Source: a virus (lineage: Duplodnaviria; Caudoviricetes). From it: DNA of 64,000 nucleotides. The notes beneath the pieces were generated by a model. That model did not search any database, was not told where the DNA came from, and saw only the letters and a list, made by a program, of their open reading frames with translations. Below are positions 50,615 through 61,346 of this stretch, in pieces. The position numbers and the translations under genes are program-made. The stretch's first letter is position 1; each line of letters starts with the position of its first letter. The DNA lies in IMG/VR virus record IMGVR_UViG_3300005438_000120, positions 1 to 64,000 of that record, one strand, 5' to 3'.

Positions 50615-51306
50615 AGCGTTTTGATATGCAGCAGGGTAGCGCTGAATGGCGATTAGCTCGTGCAGGCGTGCCTACGGCGTCATCGTTTCATCGGATCATC
50701 ACGCCTAAAACAGGGAAGCCTAGCGAGCAAGCGAAAGCCTACCTGCACGAACTCCTAGCCGAAATCATGCTCGGCAGGCCGCTTGATTCGCCGTCGTATC
50801 CTTGGATGTCGCGAGGCTTAGAGCTAGAGGAGGACGCGGCGAATTGGTACGAATTCGAGCGGGACGTTGAAATCGAAACGGTCGGATTTTGCACGACTGA
50901 TGACGGGCGGTTCGGGGCGAGTCCGGATCGGCTAGTCGGCGAGGATGGCGAACTAGAATTGAAATGCCCTTCGCCTGCTGTGCATCTTGGATATTTGCTC
51001 TATCCGCAACAAGGTGTGGATGCCGTATACAAATGCCAAGTGCAAGGACAGTTACTCGTCACGGAACGCAAGTGGGCTGACGTTGTGAGTTATCACCCTG
51101 AACTTCCTAAAGTCATTGTTCGCGTAAATCGAGACGAAGATTACATCGCCCTGATGCGCGCCGCGCTTGACGACTTCTGCGCGAAACTGGCGGAGGGCAA
51201 GGCGGAACTTGAACGTCGCGGACTGCTGGCAACTTCGGACTCGAGTGAACGCAAAGAATCACTATCGACTAGCGACGCGATCAATCAATTTCTACGCGGA
51301 ACATAA
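50611..51306 (+). CDS. YqaJ/lambda-type exonuclease
   Basis: QGSAEWRLARAGVPTAS..GASPDRLV..ELKCP..QVQGQL. Confidence 0.9.
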   Translation: MKRFDMQQGSAEWRLARAGVPTASSFHRIITPKTGKPSEQAKAYLHELLAEIMLGRPLDSPSYPWMSRGLELEEDAANWYEFERDVEIETVGFCTTDDGRFGASPDRLVGEDGELELKCPSPAVHLGYLLYPQQGVDAVYKCQVQGQLLVTERKWADVVSYHPELPKVIVRVNRDEDYIALMRAALDDFCAKLAEGKAELERRGLLATSDSSERKESLSTSDAINQFLRGT

Positions 51307-52165
51307 TCTTAGCGAACGGCACATCTGCCGCGCGTTGGAGAGCGACAACTACCATGAGCGAGGAACAAAGGAGACGATACGTGAGACGATTCGACATTGA
51401 ACAACTGACCCGATTCAAAAAGTACACCGAGGATGACATCACGGCCACGCAACAGGAAATCAAGTCGGCGGAAGGTGAAGCCTTCGAGACGGCATGCGAG
51501 AAACGGAACTCACTGAAAGATCAGGCCGCGTTGATCGATCAGCACATCGCAGCCGGGACGAAGGAAGAGGAGACCAGCGAGAAAGAGCAGACTCCTGCGC
51601 AAAAGCGCGCCGCCGCTAAGGCTGCGAAAGACGCCGCCGCTGCTTCGGCGAATCAGTAGTCACCCCTCTGTTGTGGCGACGTAGCGGCGATTGTCGCTGC
51701 GTCGTTAGAGCATGGAGGCGTCATGGAATTCAATGTCACACACGACATCACAAGCGAGTGGGCAGCGTGCAGAGTTGCCGAGATCAGCGCGCGCGCAACA
51801 CGATGCCGGTACGCCGCCGACTTCAAGGAAGCGGCAGAATGCGAACAGGACGCCGACGCTTTCAGAGTCTTGTCTGACATGTTGCGTATGAACATGAGCG
51901 CAGCTTTGCCGCAATCGTTGTCGCCTCCGCTGGCCCCGGCGTTTTGGCTCGTCTGGCGTGAAGGCGGACGATTCGCCGAAAACATCCCCGAATGCCGCCA
52001 TTTCGAAATAGCCGCAGCCAATGCCGAGGCCGAACGGTTGGCAAAGAAACATCCCGGCGTCAGATTCTTTGTCGTTCCCGTTCGCGACTACGCGCTTGCC
52101 GCGATTATGCCGGTCGCGTGGGGATCGGTGACGCGCGACGACATAGAAGTGGAAGTGCCGTTCTG

Positions 52166-53581
52166 ATGCTCGCGCCGCGTGCAGGAGTAGCGAACGATTA
52201 CCTGTCGTTCCTCGAAAGGAAAGCGCAGCTAGGATCGGATGATGGATTCAGCCCTAGCTGGATGCCTGACTTCCTTTTCGATTTTCAGTCGGCACTGACA
52301 ACGTGGGCGCTTCGCAAGGGCCGCTCAGCTTTATTTGAAGATTGCGGACTCGGAAAATCGGTTCAGGAATTGGTGTGGGCGGAGAATGTCACTCGCCGCA
52401 AGAATCGGCCCGTTCTCATAGTGACTCCGCTTGCCGTCAACGCGCAAATGACTCAGGAAGGCGCGAAGTTCGGTATCGATGTTCGCCGTTCTGACGACGG
52501 CACGGCACGCGCCGGATTGAACGTCACAAACTACGAACGCCTGCACCTGTTCAACCCTAACGATTGGGCTGGAGTCGTATGCGACGAAAGTTCCGCTATT
52601 AAATCATTCGCAGGAAAGCGACGCAAAGTAGTCACAGAGTTCATGAGAAAAATCGAATTCCGGCTCTTGGCGACTGCGACCGCCGCCCCGAATGACTTCG
52701 TAGAACTAGGAACTTCAAGCGAAGCCCTCGGACAACTCGGCCACATGGACATGCTGAATCGTTTTTTCAAAAACGATCAGAACACTAGCGACACTAGCAA
52801 GAAATGGCGCACTCACGGCGGGGGCGGCGATAAGTGGCGGTTCAAAGGTCACGCGGAGTCCCACTTTTGGCGATGGGTTTGTTCGTGGGCAAGGGCTATC
52901 AGAAAACCGTCCGATCTTGGTTTTGATGATTCTAGGTTCACCCTCCCGCCGCTGATTGAGAATCAGCACATCGTGAAGGCCGCTCGCATACCTGATGGGC
53001 AACTTTTCGAGACGTACGCTCAAGGGCTTTGGGAGGAACGAGAAGAGCAGCGACGCACGATCGCGGAGAGGTGCGACACGGCGGCGGAACTAGTTCGCCA
53101 CACGAATGAACCTGCCGTGTTGTGGTGCCACCTGAACGACGAAGGAAAGATGCTCCGCAAGTTGCTGCCAGAGGCGCGCGAAGTTAGCGGCGCAGATAGC
53201 CCGGAGCGCAAAGAGGAGACGTTCGCGGCGTTTGCTAACGGCTCCGCAAGGCTTCTTATCATCAAACCTAAGATCGGCGCGTGGGGTCTGAACTGGCAGC
53301 ATTGTGCGCATACTGTAGCCTTCCCTAGCCATAGCTACGAACAGCGGTACCAATCGATTCGGCGATTCTGGCGATTCGGCCAAACGAAGCCGGTAGTAGT
53401 AGACACCGTTACGACCGAGGGCGGCATGCTTGTTCTCAAAAATCTCCAGCGGAAAGCTAAACAGGCTGACGATATGTTCACCGCTTTAGTTTCGGAAATG
53501 AACAATTCTATTAAAGTTAACCGCGCGGCTCAATTCGACCGCGAGAGTGAGGTTCCTTCGTGGCTATCTTCGATCAAGTAA
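52166..53581 (+). CDS. SNF2-like superfamily 2 helicase
   Basis: EDCGLGKS, CDESS, ATATAAPND, GLNWQHC, QSIRRFWRFGQ. Confidence 0.85.
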   Translation: MLAPRAGVANDYLSFLERKAQLGSDDGFSPSWMPDFLFDFQSALTTWALRKGRSALFEDCGLGKSVQELVWAENVTRRKNRPVLIVTPLAVNAQMTQEGAKFGIDVRRSDDGTARAGLNVTNYERLHLFNPNDWAGVVCDESSAIKSFAGKRRKVVTEFMRKIEFRLLATATAAPNDFVELGTSSEALGQLGHMDMLNRFFKNDQNTSDTSKKWRTHGGGGDKWRFKGHAESHFWRWVCSWARAIRKPSDLGFDDSRFTLPPLIENQHIVKAARIPDGQLFETYAQGLWEEREEQRRTIAERCDTAAELVRHTNEPAVLWCHLNDEGKMLRKLLPEAREVSGADSPERKEETFAAFANGSARLLIIKPKIGAWGLNWQHCAHTVAFPSHSYEQRYQSIRRFWRFGQTKPVVVDTVTTEGGMLVLKNLQRKAKQADDMFTALVSEMNNSIKVNRAAQFDRESEVPSWLSSIK

Positions 53582-54594
53582 TCACAGACAGGTACGCTCT
53601 ATATAACGGAGACTGCATCGAAGTTTTAGGAGCTATGCCAGATTGCTCGGTTCATTTGTCCGTGTATTCCCCGCCGTTCGCTACAGAGAGCGGCGGTGCG
53701 CTGTATCACTATTCATCGAGTGACCGGGATTTGTCGAACGCAGGCTCGTACGATGAATTCTTCGAGCATTACGAGTTCGTCGTGAAGGAACTTCATCGCG
53801 TGACGCTGCCGGGGCGAATGACGGCGGTGCATTGCGCGGATGTAGCTACCGGCAACACCGGATGCGATTCGCTTGCCGACTTCCCCGGCGACATTATCCG
53901 GCTGCACCGAAAGCTAGGGTTCGCATACGTCGCGCGATACCACGTGTGGAAAGAGCCGTTGGCCGTCCGTAACCGTACGATGACGAAAGCCCTTTCGCAT
54001 CGCGGCATCGTTGAAGACTCGTCACGATGCACCGTAGCCTCTGCTGACTACTTGTTGGTATTCCGAAGGAGCGGCAAGAACACGATCCCGATTGCTCACC
54101 CTACCGGCCTGATGGAGTATTTCGGAGAGAGAAAGATTCCGGAGGGGCTGCTACGGTATCGCGGTCATACTGGAAATCAGATCGAGAATCGGTACTCGCA
54201 CTGGATTTGGCGTCAGTACGCATCGGCGTTTTGGGATGACATCCGAATCGGTCGCGTTCTGCCATACCGCGAGGCGCGCGACTCCGAGGACGAAAAACAT
54301 GTTCACGCCCTGCAATTAGATGTCATCCAACGCTGCGTCACGTTGTGGAGCAATCCGGGCGAAGTCGTTCTGACGCCCTTTGGCGGCGTCGGGTCTGAGG
54401 CGTTCGGTGCCGTAGAGTTAGGACGCAAGGCCGTACTTGTTGAGCTAAAGCCTAGCTACTACAGGCAGGCCGTCAAAAACATGGCTTTAGCCGGAGTGAA
54501 GCCGGAAACTCGACAGCCGTCCATCTTCGATGCGCTATCGCCAGTCGAAGGCGAAGCCGTCGCGGAGGACGACGCGGACGCTATCGATCTCTGA
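53560..54594 (+). CDS. N4-cytosine/N6-adenine DNA methyltransferase (beta class)
   Basis: GDCIE..SVYSPPF..VLTPFGGVGSE..ELKPSYY. Confidence 0.9.
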   Translation: MAIFDQVITDRYALYNGDCIEVLGAMPDCSVHLSVYSPPFATESGGALYHYSSSDRDLSNAGSYDEFFEHYEFVVKELHRVTLPGRMTAVHCADVATGNTGCDSLADFPGDIIRLHRKLGFAYVARYHVWKEPLAVRNRTMTKALSHRGIVEDSSRCTVASADYLLVFRRSGKNTIPIAHPTGLMEYFGERKIPEGLLRYRGHTGNQIENRYSHWIWRQYASAFWDDIRIGRVLPYREARDSEDEKHVHALQLDVIQRCVTLWSNPGEVVLTPFGGVGSEAFGAVELGRKAVLVELKPSYYRQAVKNMALAGVKPETRQPSIFDALSPVEGEAVAEDDADAIDL

Positions 54595-54625
54595 AGAAAT
54601 CTTAGGCTCTATGTTGACAAATAGC

Positions 54626-54654
54626 TTGACAATCCGAGCGGGCGGAAGTATCTT
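54626..54654 (+). promoter_or_regulatory. Promoter TTGACA-17-TATCTT
   Basis: Preceded by ACAAATAGC as at 46212; leaderless ATGGAGGCAAC follows. Confidence 0.6.
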
Positions 54655-54988
54655 GCTTCGTATGGAGGCAACGATGCAGACTGGCAAGGCGACAATAACG
54701 AACGACGCGCACGGGCGGACTCTGGTGAGCAACGGATCAAGAGTTGCGGTCATCAGCGATAACGGCCAGCCAAGCTGACGGAGACGGACGTGGCGACGAT
54801 ACGGAAGGCCTTAGCGCGCGGGGTACCGCCCGCGACCGTAGCGCGGGAGTATGGGGTGAGCAGACAGGCGATCGGAGACCTTCGGGATGGGTGGACGTGG
54901 AAAAAGTAGTAGACATGACAACCGGCGAGTGATATCTTAGGCGTAACGCATTACTCCTCACATAAGACGCTAAGGAGCACCCCGCCGA

Positions 54989-55171
54989 ATGAGGCTGCGC
55001 AAAGCCCTAAAACTCATCCGCACCGTCGAAGGACTCTCTCTCCGCGATCTCGCTAAAGAGATCGGAGTCAGCTCCGCAACCCTCTCACGAATCGAGCGCG
55101 GCCTACCCTGCGATATGGCATCTTTCGGGCGCGTGTTCGTTTGGCTGCTGAACACAGACGGGGCAGCATAG
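54989..55171 (+). CDS. XRE-family HTH regulator
   Basis: GLSLRDLAKEIGVSSATLSRIERG. Confidence 0.85.
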   Translation: MRLRKALKLIRTVEGLSLRDLAKEIGVSSATLSRIERGLPCDMASFGRVFVWLLNTDGAA

Positions 55172-55172
55172 A

Positions 55173-55643
55173 ATGCCGATACGGGAGGGTACTTACGCGG
55201 CGCTTCTGCGCGACCCGCGATGGCAGCGTCGCCGACTAGAAATCATGTCGCGTGATAATTTCGCGTGTCGGGATTGCGGAAACGACGAAGAAACACTCAA
55301 CGTTCACCACCTGTATTACCGATCTAGCTTTGCTCCGTGGGAATACTCGGATTCCGCGTTGGTGACGTGGTGCGAACCGTGCCACGAGTATTTCAGCTTG
55401 ACCGGAGAGCGGCGAACGAAAACCGAGCTAGCGAACGATTGGCGACTCGGTGAGGACTTGATTTACGAAGCGTTGTGCGAGTACGGCGCTACGCCACCGT
55501 CGCCATCCGTCATCGCCGAATTTCGTCACCTGTTGCCGGAGTCCGCTATCCTCGCGGTGGTTAACCGTCTCGCTTGGGATGGGCGGCTCAACGAATCGGG
55601 CGCGCTCGTTTCGGCTGTTCAGATGGAGGCTGGGCGCGCATGA
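55173..55643 (+). CDS. HNH endonuclease-like protein
   Basis: DPRWQRRRLEIMSRDNFACRDCG..LNVHH..CEPCH. Confidence 0.8.
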   Translation: MPIREGTYAALLRDPRWQRRRLEIMSRDNFACRDCGNDEETLNVHHLYYRSSFAPWEYSDSALVTWCEPCHEYFSLTGERRTKTELANDWRLGEDLIYEALCEYGATPPSPSVIAEFRHLLPESAILAVVNRLAWDGRLNESGALVSAVQMEAGRA

Positions 55644-56452
55644 GCTATGGGCGAATCCACCGGTCATTTTTCGATTCGTCCATCAACGACACCGAACCAG
55701 AAACGAGGCTAGTTTTTATTTACATGATCGTCTCCAGCGACCGAGAGGGGCGAATCGACATCACGCGGTCGTCTCTCGCGCGAAGGTTGAACCTTCAGGC
55801 TACTGCCATCGATCGCGCCATCGAAGTGCTTGGTGCGCCAGACGAGCGTAGCCGGACGCCAGATCACGAAGGAAGGCGAATCATTCCTATCGAAGATCGG
55901 CGAGATTGGGGATGGATCGTGGTGAACAAAGAACAGTACCGAGATGCGGGCGAACCCGATGACGAAGCGGACAGGGCAGCGGCGAGAGATCGAAAACGGA
56001 AACAAAGAGAGCGCGATAATTCAAATTCTCTTTCACGGGGTTCTAATTTAGATTCTGTATCTAATACAGAAGAATCTAAACACACACCGAGCGTGACCGT
56101 CACGCCGAGTCACAGAAAAAATGTGACATGGTGTGACGCGACTTTCGCGGAGTGCTGGAAACTTGTCCCACGAAAAGAGGGTAAGCGCGAGGCGCGAAAG
56201 CACTTCGATGCGTTCGTGAATGCGATCACCAAGCGCGGCGGCACGGATGAAGATTTGGAAGCGTTCGCTTTGGATTTGGGGCGCGCCATCTCAAACTACT
56301 CGCGGAAGGTTGAAGAGGAACGAATCGAGCCGCGATTCGTCAAGATGGGATCAACGCTGATTTTCAATTACGAAGACTACATCGACTACCGACCGCTGAC
56401 GCGCGCCGCCGAGAAGCCGCGCAAGCCGGGACGAATGGGCGTAGTGATCTGA
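55640..56452 (+). CDS. Phage replication initiator (lambda O/DnaD-like)
   Basis: N-terminal wHTH-like region, ARDRKRKQRER linker and C-terminal FAECWKLVPRKEGK domain; upstream of the primase-helicase. Confidence 0.7.
   Translation: MSYGRIHRSFFDSSINDTEPETRLVFIYMIVSSDREGRIDITRSSLARRLNLQATAIDRAIEVLGAPDERSRTPDHEGRRIIPIEDRRDWGWIVVNKEQYRDAGEPDDEADRAAARDRKRKQRERDNSNSLSRGSNLDSVSNTEESKHTPSVTVTPSHRKNVTWCDATFAECWKLVPRKEGKREARKHFDAFVNAITKRGGTDEDLEAFALDLGRAISNYSRKVEEERIEPRFVKMGSTLIFNYEDYIDYRPLTRAAEKPRKPGRMGVVI
56017..56140. other. Candidate replication origin inside the initiator gene
   Basis: AT-rich tract, 10-bp inverted repeat TTTAGATTCT/AGAATCTAAA (56047-56080) and five GTGAC/GTCAC iteron-like repeats. 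Confidence 0.5.
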
Positions 56453-58224
56453 TGGTCGCGACTCTGGATGATGTTCTTGCTCGGTTGCCGTCGCATCGAA
56501 AATCAGGCGGAGGATTTATCGCGCGATGCCCTGCTCATGACGATAGGCACGCATCGCTTTCCGTAGCGGCGGGCGGCACGGTGCCGGTGGTGTTGAGTTG
56601 TAAGGCCGGTTGTGATTTTGAATCGGTCTCTTCGGCTCTCGGCTTCGCGAAGGGTGAGCTGACGAGAGATTCTGATTCCGACTCGAAATCAAAAGCGTCG
56701 CGCCCGCGTCGCCACGTCGCAACCTACACTTACCGCAATCAAGACGGGTCTGTGTTCGCACGAAAGGACCGCTGGTTAGACGACGAAGGACGAAAGACGT
56801 TCGTGTGGTCGCGGCCTAATCCAATAGTTGAGGGAGATTGGCTGACCGGAACGGACGGGTACATTCCGCTTTATCGGTTGCCGGAACTCTGCGGTGCGCC
56901 GCAGGAAACAACCGTGATCGTAGTCGAGGGAGAAAAGGATTGCGATCGGCTGGCGTCTCTCGGGTTCGTGACAACGACGACTCCGAACGGGGCCGCTTCA
57001 AAGTGGCGCACGGATGACTCGCGATTTTTCGCCGCACGCCGCGTATGCATCATTGCGGACGACGACGATCCCGGTCGAAAGATGGCGGAGCGGTTCGTAT
57101 CTGCGCTAAAACCTGTCGCGCTCTCTGTCGGATTCGTGACGATGCCGAATCCGAACGGAATCAAAGGATTTGACACTTCCGACTTTTTAGAATCGGGAGG
57201 GAGTATCGCGGAACTAACCGCGATCGTAGAGGGATTCGACAAGCCGAAGATTCCGGCAGAAGTGGTGTCGTCGTCCGATCTGAAAGAGCGCGTGCTTCAG
57301 CTTTGGGAGGAGGGCGACCATCCCGGAGTCTTTCCAGGTTGGGATGTTCTTCGTGAGCTGTACCGCCCGCGCGCTGGAGAGCTAACGATTATTACCGGCG
57401 CGCCGGGGGCTGGTAAGTCGAACTTTTTAGACGACATGATGGTTCGTATTTCGCTCGGCGACCAATCATTCCAAGGGGAGATGAGGGCTGGATGGAAATG
57501 GCTAATCTACTCGCCTGAAAACTTCCCGCCACAGCGACACGCCGCCGCGCTGCTGCGGAAGTTTATCGGCAAGCCGTTCAACCGAGGGCCTAATCCTCGA
57601 ATGAGCGAGGCGGAGATTCACCATTTCTGGCATCTCATCGAAAAGCACTTTACGATTCTCGATCCGTCATTCAACGGCTGTAACTTAGATCGAATTTTAG
57701 AAGTCGCTCGGATTGTGAATCAAGCGAAGGGCATCGACGGGCTAGTAATCGATCCGTACAATGTCGTCGCGGCCACGTCACGTACGCGCGGGCAGAGCGA
57801 GCATGATTTCGTGAACGAGGCGCTGCAAAAAATTAAGCTGTTCGCGCACTCTGAAAACGTTCACGTGATGATGGTCGCGCATCCGACAAAACTTAAGCGC
57901 GAGTCGTCTGATGACGAGTATCCAGTGCCGCGCCCGTGGGACATCTCTGGCTCAGCTTCGTTTTTCAACCATCCCGACGCGATCATCAGCCTGTGGCGTT
58001 CGCTTCTGAATGAGGACCGAATCAACTCTGGCGAAGTTGAGATCCATTCGCAAAAAATTCGATTTCAACCTGAATGCGGAACACTAGGAATGGCGCTCCT
58101 CTATTTCGACCGCATCACTACGCGCTTCATGGAGCAACCTCATGAAGGGTTCGCGCGCCGCGTGACCGATGGTTCGAAAACGCAAAAACGCGGCGAACGA
58201 ATATTAGGGAGGGACCGGTGGTGA
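56452..58224 (+). CDS. Primase-helicase fusion (Zn-binding, TOPRIM and DnaB-like SF4 helicase)
   Basis: CPAHDD..SLSV, VVEGEKDC, IIADDDDPG, GAPGAGKS, LVIDPYN, VAHPTK, DISGS. Confidence 0.9.
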   Translation: MVATLDDVLARLPSHRKSGGGFIARCPAHDDRHASLSVAAGGTVPVVLSCKAGCDFESVSSALGFAKGELTRDSDSDSKSKASRPRRHVATYTYRNQDGSVFARKDRWLDDEGRKTFVWSRPNPIVEGDWLTGTDGYIPLYRLPELCGAPQETTVIVVEGEKDCDRLASLGFVTTTTPNGAASKWRTDDSRFFAARRVCIIADDDDPGRKMAERFVSALKPVALSVGFVTMPNPNGIKGFDTSDFLESGGSIAELTAIVEGFDKPKIPAEVVSSSDLKERVLQLWEEGDHPGVFPGWDVLRELYRPRAGELTIITGAPGAGKSNFLDDMMVRISLGDQSFQGEMRAGWKWLIYSPENFPPQRHAAALLRKFIGKPFNRGPNPRMSEAEIHHFWHLIEKHFTILDPSFNGCNLDRILEVARIVNQAKGIDGLVIDPYNVVAATSRTRGQSEHDFVNEALQKIKLFAHSENVHVMMVAHPTKLKRESSDDEYPVPRPWDISGSASFFNHPDAIISLWRSLLNEDRINSGEVEIHSQKIRFQPECGTLGMALLYFDRITTRFMEQPHEGFARRVTDGSKTQKRGERILGRDRW

Positions 58225-58511
58225 TCCGGGCCACTATTCCGATTCGCCTCTCAACACGCATCGCGTACTTCCGTCACGCGGCAGGGCTAACGCAATTCGA
58301 AGTCGCGCGGCGTTCGGGTATCGGACCGAAGTCGATTGGATCATGGGAGACGGGTCACGCCGAGCCGCGCATAACGCAACTGCTCCGCATCCTGAAAGCG
58401 TGCGGCGTGACGCCTGCCGAATTCTTCGATTGCGATCTGCGTCTAGCCGAATCCAGAATAAGAGTCCCCGGTCATCGCGAAGTCATCGCGCACGAAAGCG
58501 TCGCCAATTGA
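58218..58511 (+). CDS. XRE-family HTH regulator
   Basis: GLTQFEVARRSGIGPKSIGSWETG..EPR. Confidence 0.8.
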   Translation: MVIRATIPIRLSTRIAYFRHAAGLTQFEVARRSGIGPKSIGSWETGHAEPRITQLLRILKACGVTPAEFFDCDLRLAESRIRVPGHREVIAHESVAN

Positions 58512-59092
58512 ACTGCGCTCGATGCGACGAAGGCCATCACGAGCGCTGCAAGCAGGCGGGCTGTAGTTGCCGCGCCCCGCATCTCGGACGGTGCGAGCTT
58601 TGCGGGAAGGTGAACGTCAAGCCCGATCCGCTACTGTCGGGGCGCGAGATACTTTGCCCACCATGCCTCGTCACGTTCGAGGAGCATCCGCCGAGCGCGG
58701 AACTCGATTGGGAGTCGGCGTTCGATCGCAACATCGCGGCGGCGCGGTTCATAGCCGAAACATTGACTTCTCAGGCTCGCAAAAATAACGCTTGACATTG
58801 CCGGAAGCATTGCGGATGATGTGCGCATGGCAACAACACATGAAGAGCGAAGTGTACTGGCGCTGAAGGCTGCACGCGTCCGATGGGCGGATCACGTCAA
58901 GCGCCACGAATTGCTCGGCGTCTCTCGCGCATCGTATCGGCGTTACATGCTCCCGAAGGGTCATCCCGAACGCAGGAAGATGCCGCGCGACGTGCGCGCG
59001 AGATTCGAAGCGTTGCGTGAGCAACAACGCAACCGGAGGTACGCACGGAAGCTCGATCCGTCATGCGTCGAAAAAGCGAAGATGAGGAAGTC

Positions 59093-60208
59093 ATGAGTGC
59101 ATCCGCAATCTTCAACGGTGCGGCCCTTCTAGCCGAGCTTCGTTTCGTCGGTCAAGTATGCCAGAAGCGCAGCACGATCCCGATCCTACGGAGCGTTCTG
59201 ATTGATTTGATGGGGACGACAGCTACGCTCACAGCGACAAATCTAGACGTAATTGCACGCGCTGAATGCGTGACGCTGTCCGGCGATGCGCGCGTCGCTA
59301 CCACCGCGCCTGCTGATCTCTTAATCTCGGCGCTCTCTGGGCTGATCGGCGATGACGCGGAAGCAGCAATCGAATTTCGCGTACACGATGGCCGCGTTAA
59401 TCTAGCTTACGACGGCTGCGTGATGAAGATCGACGGGCAGCCTACGGACGATTATCCGACGTTACCGGAGTTCACGCCTGATCTACCCGCATCTATCGAG
59501 ACGGCGGAATTTTTAACAGCAGTCCGCAGCACAAAGTTCGCTATCACGCGTGAGGAGATACCTTTCCAGCTCAACGGCGCGTTGATGAACATCAGCCGAT
59601 CCGCAGTCGAGATCGCGGCGACTGACGGACATCGGCTCGCGATAGCGACATTTAAAACTGACGCGAGAAATCCCGACGGACATAGCCTAATCCCGCGTGT
59701 AGCCTTGGATACGCTTTTGTTGTTCGATGGGATCGATCCCGTCATCACGTTCGGCGAGCGGGATTTCTATCGGCATTTCGTCTGCGGTCACCGCCGTATC
59801 GTCTCGCGCGTGCTTGATGTCAACTTTCCGAACTACCGAAAAGTCATCGCGAAAGATTTAGACCGCACGGCGATAGTCAACGCTGAGGCGATGACTTGCG
59901 CGCTCACTCGCGTGATGCCATTAGTAAATCTGAGTACGCGCTCTGTGCGGTTGATGTTCAGCGTCGACACGCTGCGGCTCAATGTCGTCAATCCTGAATG
60001 CGGAGAGGCATCGGCAACAGTAGCCGTCAGTTACTCAGGCCCTGATATGTTCGTCGGAATGAACGCCACTTACTTGCGAGATTTCTTTGCACAGTTTAGC
60101 GGCGATGTAAGCGTGACGATGCGAAACGAGAACTCGATGGTCGTTTTCCGTCCGGTTGATCGTGACGGCGAATACACGTACGTTCTGATGCCGATGAGGC
60201 TCGCATGA
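59093..60208 (+). CDS. dnaN: DNA polymerase III beta sliding clamp, copy 1
   Basis: RSTIPILRSVL, ATNLD, LNGAL, AATDGHRLA, FPNYRKVI, MNATYL, YVLMPMR. Confidence 0.9.
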   Translation: MSASAIFNGAALLAELRFVGQVCQKRSTIPILRSVLIDLMGTTATLTATNLDVIARAECVTLSGDARVATTAPADLLISALSGLIGDDAEAAIEFRVHDGRVNLAYDGCVMKIDGQPTDDYPTLPEFTPDLPASIETAEFLTAVRSTKFAITREEIPFQLNGALMNISRSAVEIAATDGHRLAIATFKTDARNPDGHSLIPRVALDTLLLFDGIDPVITFGERDFYRHFVCGHRRIVSRVLDVNFPNYRKVIAKDLDRTAIVNAEAMTCALTRVMPLVNLSTRSVRLMFSVDTLRLNVVNPECGEASATVAVSYSGPDMFVGMNATYLRDFFAQFSGDVSVTMRNENSMVVFRPVDRDGEYTYVLMPMRLA

Positions 60209-61344
60209 CCGCCATCACCGTCCCGCGCGATGCCCTCGCATCCGAGCTAACCTTCTGCGGTTCGGCAGTCAACAAACGTCACCACATCGAAATCCTGAAG
60301 GGCGTTCTGTTTTCGGTCCAGAAGGCGAACCTGTTCATTCGTGCTACCGATCTTGAATTGACGGCGTTCGCGTCGGTGCTCTCGGTTGAAGATTCGGCAA
60401 CGAGCGACGGCGAATTCACAACAGAGCTAAGTCCCGTGTTGGACTTCGCGCGCCGTGCTCCTGAAGACACGGTTACGTTTGATGCGAGCAAGGGTTACGT
60501 CACGCTGTCGTCAGGCGGGGCGAAACTGAAGCTGCCCACGCTGCCAGCCGAACTCTTCCCATCCGATCCGCGCGAAGTCGTTGCTGATGATCCAGAAATC
60601 GAAATGGCGCGGCTGCCGGTTGCGTCCCTGCTCTCCATCGTTCGCGCCACATCGTCAGCAATCGGAGAGGAGAAAATCCGCTTCGATTTGACGGGCGCGT
60701 TGCTGACGGCAGGCAAGGGCAAATTCGATTCTGTAGCTACAAACGGAGTTCGAATCGCTTACGCCAGCGCACCAGCGACGACAGAAGATGGCCGTCGCGC
60801 CCAACTCGGCAAGCGAGCGCTCGAAGGCATCGTGAAGATTGCCGATGACGGCGAAGCGCGGATCACGGCTACCGAGAATTGGACGGCGGTAACGGTAGGT
60901 GAGCGGACGCTGATGTCTAGAGCAGCGGACGTGAACTTCCCCGCGTGGCGTGAAGTGATTCCGAAGTCGTACGCGGTCGCAATCGAGATGCGCGCGGATT
61001 CTTTGTTAGGCGCTGTGCGCCGCGCGATGGTAGCTGCCGACGAAGGCTCGAAAGAGTTGAAGCTGTCGCTGACGAAGGGCGGAATCACGCTGTCTGCCGT
61101 CCATGCCGCGCGGTCTGCTGACGACCGACTCGCCGTCGATTATTCGGGCGAAGATTTCACCGTGAGCGTGAACGGCGGTCACTTCTCGGAAGCCTTGAGC
61201 GCGATGGGTGATTGCGTGTTCAAGCTGTCGTTTACTCAGCCAACGGGCGGAGTGTTGACGAGCGGAATGATGCGGCTAGAACCGGTTCCTGATCCCGATT
61301 CCGACTTAGAGCAGATGCATTTGATCATGCCGATCGTGAGGTAG
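60205..61344 (+). CDS. dnaN: DNA polymerase III beta sliding clamp, copy 2
   Basis: EILKGVL, RATDLE, LTGAL, VATNGVRIA, FPAWREVIP, HLIMPIV. Confidence 0.85.
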   Translation: MTAITVPRDALASELTFCGSAVNKRHHIEILKGVLFSVQKANLFIRATDLELTAFASVLSVEDSATSDGEFTTELSPVLDFARRAPEDTVTFDASKGYVTLSSGGAKLKLPTLPAELFPSDPREVVADDPEIEMARLPVASLLSIVRATSSAIGEEKIRFDLTGALLTAGKGKFDSVATNGVRIAYASAPATTEDGRRAQLGKRALEGIVKIADDGEARITATENWTAVTVGERTLMSRAADVNFPAWREVIPKSYAVAIEMRADSLLGAVRRAMVAADEGSKELKLSLTKGGITLSAVHAARSADDRLAVDYSGEDFTVSVNGGHFSEALSAMGDCVFKLSFTQPTGGVLTSGMMRLEPVPDPDSDLEQMHLIMPIVR

Positions 61345-61346
61345 TC

